In this document: positions 1 through 8,406 of the stretch, piece after piece
How the letters are laid out: each line of letters starts with the position of its first letter
How positions within the stretch are numbered: position 1 is the stretch's first letter
Assembly: GCA_036676495.1 (NCBI GenBank)
Contig: JAKFCT010000104.1
Coordinates: 1-21,871 of the forward strand
DNA from: Candidatus Sericytochromatia bacterium
GTDB taxonomy: Bacteria > Cyanobacteriota > Sericytochromatia > S15B-MN24 > UBA4093
Length of the DNA stretch: 21,871 nt
Direction of reading: 5' to 3'
The notes under the pieces: model-generated
What the model saw: the letters and a program-made list of their open reading frames with translations, nothing else
Told to the model about the DNA's origin: nothing
Database searches by the model: none
Position numbers and translations under genes: made by a program

Positions 1-804
1 CCAGTGCTCGAACCACTTGTCGGATTCCTGGGGCGGGCAGAAGTACTCGATTTCCATCTGCTCGAACTCGCGGGTCCGGAAGGTGAAGTTGCCCGGGGTG
101 ATCTCGTTGCGGAAGCTCTTGCCAATCTGGGCGATGCCGAAGGGTGGGCGCTTGCGCGAGGCGATCTGGACGTTCTTGAAGTTCACGAAGATGCCCTGGG
201 CGGTCTCGGGGCGCAGGAAGACGGTGTTGGCCGAGTCTTCCACGGGGCCCATGAACGTCTTGAACATCAGGTTGAAGTTGCGGGGCTCGGTGAGATCCCC
301 ACCGCAGCTCGGGCAGCCCAGGTGCGAGAAGGCCTCGTTGGACTTGGTCTTGTCCTTGAGCAGCTCTTCGATGCTGCCGGCCTTGACGGTGCCGTCGAGC
401 CCGGCGAGGAAGCCCTCGTGGCCCTTCTTGACGAGCTTGGAGGTCTTGCCGCCTTCGCGGTGGGTGTCCAGGACCTGCTCGAGGAGGTGATCGGCGCGGA
501 AGCGCTGACGGCACTCCTTGCAGTCGACCAGCGGGTCGTTGAAGGTCTCGAGGTGACCGGAAGCCTTCCAGGTCTCCGGGTGCATGAGGATGGCGGCGTC
601 GAGGCCGACCATGTCATCGCGCTTCTGGACGACGGCCTGCCACCAGGCCTGCTTGACGTTGTTCTTGAAGAGGACGCCCAGGGGACCGTAGTCCCAGGTG
701 CTGCCGAGACCTCCGTAGATCTCCGAGCTTTGGAAGATGAAGCCGCGCCGTTTGGAGAGCGAAACGATCTTCTCCATCACGTCGGTCTGGGTCATTTGCG
801 CCAT
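1..804 (-). CDS. glyQS: Glycine--tRNA ligase, homodimeric alpha2 (class IIa) type; 5' part, runs off the window edge
   Basis: Not in the ORF track. Manual translation from ATG at 804 gives [55 protein letters not shown], the typical alpha2 GlyRS N-terminus, with motif 2 [21 protein letters not shown] near position 50-110. SD-like AGGAGAAAGGA upstream. Confidence 0.96.
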   Translation of the reverse strand, partial: MAQMTQTDVMEKIVSLSKRRGFIFQSSEIYGGLGSTWDYGPLGVLFKNNVKQAWWQAVVQKRDDMVGLDAAILMHPETWKASGHLETFNDPLVDCKECRQRFRADHLLEQVLDTHREGGKTSKLVKKGHEGFLAGLDGTVKAGSIEELLKDKTKSNEAFSHLGCPSCGGDLTEPRNFNLMFKTFMGPVEDSANTVFLRPETAQGIFVNFKNVQIASRKRPPFGIAQIGKSFRNEITPGNFTFRTREFEQMEIEYFCPPQESDKWFEHW

Positions 805-824
805 GTCCGATTCCTTTCTCCTGG

Positions 825-841
825 CGCCCCTGGCTGGGGCG
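825..841 (-). promoter_or_regulatory. Leader hairpin displaying the Gly anticodon GCC (candidate GlyRS operator)
   Basis: Minus strand CGCCC-CAGCCAG-GGGCG, just 5' of the SD. Confidence 0.4.
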
Positions 842-865
842 TGGGCTTGCTGTGAGCAGAGGGTC

Positions 866-871
866 ATGATA
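866..871 (-). promoter_or_regulatory. Candidate sigma70 -10 (TATCAT) for glyQS
   Basis: Only AT-rich hexamer in a very GC-rich intergenic region, about 60 nt upstream of the ATG. Confidence 0.5.
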
Positions 872-922
872 CCGGGAAACCCGCGCCGCCGCCATGGGCG
901 GCTCCGCGGGTCCCATGAGGAA

Positions 923-967
923 CGCCCCGGGTTCGTGGCTCCCTTCCGGTGCCATGGACCCGGGGCG
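923..967. terminator. 17-bp-arm hairpin downstream of the SPOR gene (terminator or RNA-stabilising stem)
   Basis: Arms 923-939 CGCCCCGGGTTCGTGGC and 951-967 GCCATGGACCCGGGGCG, 15/17 Watson-Crick pairs; U-tract weak. Confidence 0.5.
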
Positions 968-973
968 GCGAGG

Positions 974-1564
974 TTAGTGGCGGATGGTCACCGAGTAGCC
1001 CTTGGTGTTCACGTCGTCGGCGACGGCCAGCGCGCGTTCCCGCGAGCCGTAGGCGCCGATCTGGGCATGGTACTTCCCTTCGTCCTCGACCACCATGGCG
1101 TCGATGCCGGCGACGGCCAGCTCTTCGACCATGGCTTGGGCTTCGTCCCGGGACGAGTAGGATCCCACCTGGACCCGGTAGACTCCCTGAGCGGCGGCAC
1201 CCACGGCCTTGGTCACGTCTTGGGCGGGAGCCGCGGAGGCTGCCTTGGGCGTGACGGTCGGGGCCGGGGTCGGGACCTGGCCGAGGTCGGAGGCTGCCAC
1301 TCCGAGCGAATTCTCCTCGGGCTCTTCCTCGGGAGTGTCGGGCCCCGGGGTGACGAGCGCTTGATTGGGCAGCGGAGTGGCCATGGGCACCTCGTTGGCG
1401 CCGGGATCCTTGACGGAGACCTGGCTGGTCACCTGATAGGTGTACCAGAAGCCTCCGCCGAAGGAGAGCAGGGCGCAAACGGCGAAGAGGGTCCAGTAGG
1501 CGCCCCCGCGGGCGTTCTTGCGGCGCTTGCTAGGGGGAACGGGCTTGTTTGTCGGCTTGGACAA
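974..1564 (-). CDS. Bitopic membrane protein with C-terminal SPOR peptidoglycan-binding domain (FtsN/DedD-like architecture)
   Basis: Basic N-tail, one TM helix ([19 protein letters not shown]), Pro/Glu/Ala linker, SPOR motifs [14 protein letters not shown] and [14 protein letters not shown]; TTG start with GGAGG upstream. Confidence 0.88.
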   Translation of the reverse strand: MSKPTNKPVPPSKRRKNARGGAYWTLFAVCALLSFGGGFWYTYQVTSQVSVKDPGANEVPMATPLPNQALVTPGPDTPEEEPEENSLGVAASDLGQVPTPAPTVTPKAASAAPAQDVTKAVGAAAQGVYRVQVGSYSSRDEAQAMVEELAVAGIDAMVVEDEGKYHAQIGAYGSRERALAVADDVNTKGYSVTIRH

Positions 1565-1582
1565 AGGGGACGGGCCTCCGTA

Positions 1583-3586
<2,004 letters not shown>

Positions 3587-3607
3587 TCAGAGAAGACGAT
3601 CCCATCA

Positions 3608-3616
3608 AGTATACCA
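3608..3616 (-). promoter_or_regulatory. Extended -10 (TGgTATACT) for gyrB
   Basis: Matches TGnTATAAT at 5/6 hexamer positions, about 60 nt upstream of the start. Confidence 0.6.
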
Positions 3617-3768
3617 TTTCTAGGCGGCTCTCGCAGGCCCTTGAGGCTGTTAGACCTTGCCGCACCCGTCGTTGGGGGCGCTTGCGCCCCGCTGAACCCC
3701 TGCGTCGCCGGCTTTGAGGGGCGCTCGGCGAGCAAGCGCAATCCCTGCCGTCTCGTCGCGGGAAAAGG

Positions 3769-3777
3769 TGCTACAAT
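3769..3777 (+). promoter_or_regulatory. Extended -10 (TGcTACAAT), likely producing a leaderless mRNA
   Basis: Hexamer 3772-3777 lies 6 nt before ATG 3784, with no SD in between. Confidence 0.65.
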
Positions 3778-3783
3778 TGGGCC

Positions 3784-4917
3784 ATGCTGCACGCTGACGC
3801 CTTGATTTCGGAAGCTTTCCCCGCGGCGATCGCCCCCGTCCGCCAGCTCCCCATCTCCCCGACCCGGGTGGTCAACGGAGTCGGAGCCCTGGACGACCTC
3901 GGATCGCTGGTCCGCGATCACGGCTCCAGGGCCCTCGTGCTGACCGGACGCCATGGCGTCGCGTCCTGCCGCGACGCCGTCGCCGCCTCGCTCGATCGCG
4001 CCGAAGTCACCTGGCAGGTCGTCTCGCTCGCCCATGACTGCTGCGAAGAGGACCTGGCCGTTCTCGACGCCGGCTTTCCGGACGCGGACGTCGTCGTCGG
4101 CATCGGGGGAGGCAAGGTCATGGACGCCGCCAAGCTGCTGGCGCATCGCCGCGGCCTCCCGGCCGTCACCGTGCCCACCGCCGCGGCCACCTGCGCCGCT
4201 TGGACGGCCTTGTCCAACGTCTACACCCCGCTCGGCCAGTGGCGCTTCGGAGTGCCCTTGCCCACCGGGCCTTCGGCGGTGCTGGTCGACTATGCCCTGA
4301 TCGCCCGCGCTCCGGCGCGCTTGCTCGCCTCGGGCATCGCCGACACCCTCGCCAAGTGGATCGAGTCCTCCGCCTCCGTGGATCCGGCCCAGGCCGACGC
4401 CATGACCCTGGCGGCCCTCCAGATGGCCCGCTTCCTCTACGATCGCCTCCGCGAAATCGGCCCCGCGGCCATGGCCCAGGCCCATGCCGGGACGCTCGGC
4501 CCCGAGCTGATGCAGGCCATCGACCTCAACGTCCAGCTCGCCGGCACGGTGGGCGGACTGGGAGGCGCGCGCTGCCGCTCGGTGGCGGCCCACGCGGTCT
4601 GCAACGGCCTGACCCAGATCGAGACCCGGCGCGCCTCCTGGCATGGCGAGAAGGTCGCCTTCGGGATCGTCGTCCAGCTGATCCTGCAAGGCCGCCCTTT
4701 CCCCGAGATCCAGGAGTTGCTGGCCTTCTACCGGGAGATCGGCCTGCCGATGACGCTTTCCGAGCTGGGCATCCCGGCCGAACCGGAGGCGCTGCTCACC
4801 GCGGCGCGCTTCGCCTGTGACCCGCGCTCCAGCATTCACCTTTTGCCGACCCCGGTCACCCCCGAGGTGGTCGTGGCGGCGATCGCCGAGGCCGACCGCC
4901 TGGCCCGGACGCCCTGA
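3784..4917 (+). CDS. Iron-containing alcohol dehydrogenase / glycerol dehydrogenase (GldA-like) family protein
   Basis: VGIGGGKVMDAAK, VPTAAATCA, SGIADTLAKWIE, metal ligands AHAVCNGLT and HGEKVAFG. Confidence 0.92.
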   Translation: MLHADALISEAFPAAIAPVRQLPISPTRVVNGVGALDDLGSLVRDHGSRALVLTGRHGVASCRDAVAASLDRAEVTWQVVSLAHDCCEEDLAVLDAGFPDADVVVGIGGGKVMDAAKLLAHRRGLPAVTVPTAAATCAAWTALSNVYTPLGQWRFGVPLPTGPSAVLVDYALIARAPARLLASGIADTLAKWIESSASVDPAQADAMTLAALQMARFLYDRLREIGPAAMAQAHAGTLGPELMQAIDLNVQLAGTVGGLGGARCRSVAAHAVCNGLTQIETRRASWHGEKVAFGIVVQLILQGRPFPEIQELLAFYREIGLPMTLSELGIPAEPEALLTAARFACDPRSSIHLLPTPVTPEVVVAAIAEADRLARTP

Positions 4918-4948
4918 GCCCCCCCTTCATGACGAGGAAGCAAGTAGG

Positions 4949-6148
4949 ATGAGCAAGACTGCCGCCAAGACGATGTTCCAGGAAGCTGATCGCCTCAAAG
5001 CCATCCCCCCCTACGCCACCGCCCAGCTCGAAGTCCTGCGCCAGCAGGCCGAGGCCAAGGGCATGCAAGTCATCGACCTGGGCATCGGGTCCCCGGACCT
5101 CCCGACCCCCGCGCCGGTCGTGGAAGCGGGCGTCGAGGCCCTGCGCAACCCCGCCAACCACGGCTACCCCACCTTCAAGGGCAAGAAGGCCTTCCGTGAG
5201 GCGATCGCCCGCTGGTACGCCCGCCACTACGGCGTCGAGCTCGACCCCGAGACCGAGATCCTGCCCCTGATCGGCTCCAAGGAAGGCCTCGCCAAGATCG
5301 CCCTGGCCTTCATCAACCCCGGCGACAAGACCATCGTCCCCCAGCCCGCCTACCCGGTCCACACCCGCGGTACCGTCCTGGCCGGCGGAGAGGTCGTCGA
5401 GGTCCCTTGCCTGCCGCATCATGAGTTCCGGCCCGACTGGAACACCGTGCACCCGGAGGATGCCGACGCCGCCAAGCTCCTCTTCTTCAACTTCCCGTCC
5501 AACCCCACCTCCGCGGTGGCTCCCCGCTCCTTCTACGAGGACACGGTCGAGTTCGCCAAGCGCCACGACATCATGCTGGTCCATGACCTGGCCTACTCCG
5601 AGATCGCCTTCGACGGCTACAAGCCCACCTCGCTGCTCGAGATCCCCGGCGCCAAGGACATCGGCGTCGAGTTCCACACCATGAGCAAGACCTACAGCAT
5701 GGCCGGCTGGCGCTGCGGCTTCGTGGTCGGCAACGCCAAGATGATCCACGCCCTCTACCGGATCAAGACCAACATGGACTACGGCGTGCCCAACCACGTC
5801 CAGGACGCGGCGATCGCCGCCCTCGACCTGCCCCAGAGCTACATCGACGAGGTCGTGGAGATCTACCGCGAGCGCCGCGACGTCATGGTCGAGGGCCTGA
5901 ACTCGCTCGGCTGGAACGTGGAGAAGCCGAAGGCCGCCATGTACGTCTGGGCCCCGGTTCCCAAGGGCATGGCCGCTTACGACTGGGTCGCCGAGGTGAT
6001 CGACCGCGCCGGCGTCGTCTTCACCCCGGGCACCGGCTTCGGCGCCATGGGCCAGGGCTACTTCCGCATCTCGCTCGTCCGCCCCGTCGAGGTCCTCAAG
6101 GAAGTCGTCGAGCGCCTGCGCGCGGCGGGCATCCGCTACGAGGCCTAG
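4949..6148 (+). CDS. Class I/II PLP-dependent aminotransferase, LL-diaminopimelate aminotransferase-like
   Basis: IDLGIGSPD, LIGSKEG, NFPSNPT, HDLAY, PLP-lysine motif TMSKTYSMAGWRCG; ATG 4949 preferred over the track start, which overlaps the upstream gene. Confidence 0.92.
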   Translation: MSKTAAKTMFQEADRLKAIPPYATAQLEVLRQQAEAKGMQVIDLGIGSPDLPTPAPVVEAGVEALRNPANHGYPTFKGKKAFREAIARWYARHYGVELDPETEILPLIGSKEGLAKIALAFINPGDKTIVPQPAYPVHTRGTVLAGGEVVEVPCLPHHEFRPDWNTVHPEDADAAKLLFFNFPSNPTSAVAPRSFYEDTVEFAKRHDIMLVHDLAYSEIAFDGYKPTSLLEIPGAKDIGVEFHTMSKTYSMAGWRCGFVVGNAKMIHALYRIKTNMDYGVPNHVQDAAIAALDLPQSYIDEVVEIYRERRDVMVEGLNSLGWNVEKPKAAMYVWAPVPKGMAAYDWVAEVIDRAGVVFTPGTGFGAMGQGYFRISLVRPVEVLKEVVERLRAAGIRYEA

Positions 6149-6197
6149 CAGTTAGTCGAGGCACGGGCACAGCGGCCCGCGCCACGGATCCATTCAA

Positions 6198-6231
6198 GAG
6201 GGCCTGGCAACGCCAGGCCCTCGCTGCTTTT
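6198..6231 (+). terminator. Probable intrinsic terminator after the aminotransferase
   Basis: Perfect 11-bp stem GAGGGCCTGGC-aac-GCCAGGCCCTC followed by GCTGCTTTT. Confidence 0.6.
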
Positions 6232-6296
6232 CCGGGGCAGAGGGGCGGTTCTTCCCCGTGTTGGGGCCAATGGGGCGGGCCTCCGCGCCCGCCAGA

Positions 6297-6305
6297 TGAT
6301 AGAAT
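6297..6305 (+). promoter_or_regulatory. Extended -10 (TGaTAGAAT) for thrS
   Basis: 65 nt upstream of ATG 6371. Confidence 0.65.
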
Positions 6306-6313
6306 GATCTCTT

Positions 6314-6355
6314 GGCACCGCCGGACTCGCCGGACGTAAGGCTTGCGGGCGGTCC
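6314..6355 (+). promoter_or_regulatory. thrS leader stem-loop with CGUAA in the apical loop (candidate tRNA-Thr-mimic operator)
   Basis: ACCGCC 6317-6322 pairs with GGCGGT 6348-6353; GCC 6329-6331 pairs with GGC 6340-6342; loop GGACGTAA; SD AAGGAGG follows at 6360. Confidence 0.45.
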
Positions 6356-6370
6356 ACATAAGGAGGAATC

Positions 6371-8344
6371 ATGGCTGTCGAATCCCTTATCGCCATTGAA
6401 ATGCCCGATGGGTCCAAGCGTGAGGTCCCGTCCGGCACGACGCTCGCCGAACTCGCCGCCCAGATCAGCCGGAGCCTGGCCAAGAAGGCCGTGGCCGCCC
6501 GCCTCGACGGAAAGCTGGTCGACCTCTCGACCCGCCTCGAGGCTCCTGCCAAGGTGGAGATCGTGACCGCGGACGATCCCGCGGCCCTCGAGGTCCTGCG
6601 CCACTCGACCGCGCACCTCATGGCCCACGCCGTCACGTCGCTCTACCCGGGCGCTAAGATCACCATCGGCCCGGTCACCGCGGACGGTTTCTACTACGAC
6701 TTCGACTACGATCGCGGCTTCACCATGGAGGATCTTCCCAAGATCGAGGCGGAAATGAAGCGCCTCTCGCAGGAGAACCTCGACGTGACGCGCGCGGTTT
6801 ACGCGGCGGATCGCGTTCCCGGGCTCATCCGGAAGTTCGAGGAGGAAGGCGAGCCCTACAAGGCCGAGATCCTCACCGACATCATGAACGCCGACGCGAC
6901 CTCCGAGATCACCGTCTACACCCAGGGCGACTTCTCGGACCTCTGCCGCGGGCCGCACGTGCCGGCCACCGGCCTCATCAAGAACTTCAAGCTGCTGAGC
7001 GTCGCCGGTGCCTACTGGCGTGGCTCTGAAAAGAACAAGATGCTGCAGCGCATCTACGGCACCAGCTACTTCACCGAGGCCGACCTCAAGGCCCACTTGA
7101 CCCGTCTCGAAGAAGCCGCCAAGCGCGACCACCGCAAGCTCGGCCGCGAGCTCGACCTGTTCTCGGTCCCCGAGGTCACGGGCCCCGGCTTGATTTTCTG
7201 GCACCCCCGCGGCGCCCTGATCCGCTCGGTCATCGAGGATTGGCTGCGCGCGGAACTGAAGAAGCGCGGCTACCAGCCGGTCTACACCCCGCACGTGGTC
7301 AAGGAGACCCTCTTCGAGGTCTCGGGTCACCTCGGGAACTACGCGGAGAACATGTTCCCCGCCATGGTCATCGAGGAGGAGAACTACCGGGTCAAGCCCA
7401 TGAACTGCCCGGGCCACTCGATGATCTACAAGTCGCGTCCGCGCTCCTACCGCGACCTGCCGGTGCGCCTGCAGGAGATCGCGAACGTCTACCGCTACGA
7501 GCGCTCGGGGACCCTGCACGGTCTGGCGCGCGTCCGCGGCCTGACCATGGACGACGCCCACATCTTCTGCACCCATGAGCAGCTGGCCGATGAGATTGCG
7601 GGCTGCGTGAGCTTTATCCAGCACGCCATGAGCATCTTCGGCCTGGAGGCGAAGGTCTACCTCTCGACCCGTCCCGAGAAGGCCATCGGGTCCGAGGAGG
7701 TTTGGGCGAATGCCGAGGCGGCCCTTCGTCAGGCGCTCAACCGCCTGGAGATGGAGTTCGACATCGACGAGGGCGGCGGCGCGTTCTACGGCCCCAAGAT
7801 CGACTTCAAGTTCTACGACGCCATCGGCCGCGAGTGGCAGGGTCCCACGGTCCAGTGCGACTTCAACCTGCCCGAGCGCTTCGAGCTGACCTACCACGGC
7901 TCGGACGGCAAGGAGCACCGGCCCGTCATGGTCCACCGGGCCATCCTGGGCACCATGGAGCGCTTCATGGCCCTCATCATCGAGCACTATGCAGGCGCCT
8001 TCCCGCTCTGGCTCGCGCCCACCCAGGCGGTCATCATCCCCATCAACTCGGAGAACGACGACTACTGCTACGACGTCGCCGAAAAGATGAAGGAAGCCGG
8101 CATGCGCGTCGAGGTCGACAACCGCAACGAGTCCCTCAACTACCGCATCCGCGAAGCCCAGGTGCAGAAGGTCCCCTACATGCTCGTCGTGGGCAAGAAG
8201 GAGGTCGAGGAAGGCACCCTTGCGGTCCGTCGTCGGACCGGCGGCCAGGAGGTCCTCCCGGTGGCCGACGTGCTCGCCCGCTTGCAGCAGGAGATCGACA
8301 CCAAGGCCTTGCCTCCGTCGATGCAGCCTCAGGAAGCCAAGTAA
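6371..8344 (+). CDS. thrS: Threonine--tRNA ligase
   Basis: TGS domain, editing motifs LRHSTAHLMA and DLCRGPH, RDHRKLG, KPMNCPGH, YRYERSGTLHGLARVR, AFYGPKID, C-terminal anticodon-binding domain; strong SD. Confidence 0.99.
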   Translation: MAVESLIAIEMPDGSKREVPSGTTLAELAAQISRSLAKKAVAARLDGKLVDLSTRLEAPAKVEIVTADDPAALEVLRHSTAHLMAHAVTSLYPGAKITIGPVTADGFYYDFDYDRGFTMEDLPKIEAEMKRLSQENLDVTRAVYAADRVPGLIRKFEEEGEPYKAEILTDIMNADATSEITVYTQGDFSDLCRGPHVPATGLIKNFKLLSVAGAYWRGSEKNKMLQRIYGTSYFTEADLKAHLTRLEEAAKRDHRKLGRELDLFSVPEVTGPGLIFWHPRGALIRSVIEDWLRAELKKRGYQPVYTPHVVKETLFEVSGHLGNYAENMFPAMVIEEENYRVKPMNCPGHSMIYKSRPRSYRDLPVRLQEIANVYRYERSGTLHGLARVRGLTMDDAHIFCTHEQLADEIAGCVSFIQHAMSIFGLEAKVYLSTRPEKAIGSEEVWANAEAALRQALNRLEMEFDIDEGGGAFYGPKIDFKFYDAIGREWQGPTVQCDFNLPERFELTYHGSDGKEHRPVMVHRAILGTMERFMALIIEHYAGAFPLWLAPTQAVIIPINSENDDYCYDVAEKMKEAGMRVEVDNRNESLNYRIREAQVQKVPYMLVVGKKEVEEGTLAVRRRTGGQEVLPVADVLARLQQEIDTKALPPSMQPQEAK

Positions 8345-8355
8345 GCCAAGTAAGC
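8334..8355 (+). repeat. 9-bp tandem duplication (AAGCCAAGT x2 + AAGC) spanning the thrS stop codon
   Basis: Read directly from the sequence. Confidence 0.85.
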
Positions 8356-8356
8356 G

Positions 8357-8386
8357 AAAGGGCGGACCGAAAGGTCCGCCCTTTTC
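8357..8386. terminator. Bidirectional intrinsic terminator between thrS and the methyltransferase
   Basis: AAAGGGCGGACC-GAAA-GGTCCGCCCTTT-TC, GNRA loop, A and T tracts on both sides, convergent genes. Confidence 0.9.
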
Positions 8387-8406
8387 TGATGGGGGGCTGC
8401 TGCTGA

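Noticed and set aside
6150-6296. Possible T-box riboswitch upstream of thrS (several hairpins)
   Set aside because: No UGGN-ACC T-box bulge or specifier/GA motifs, and the likely thrS promoter lies downstream of these hairpins.
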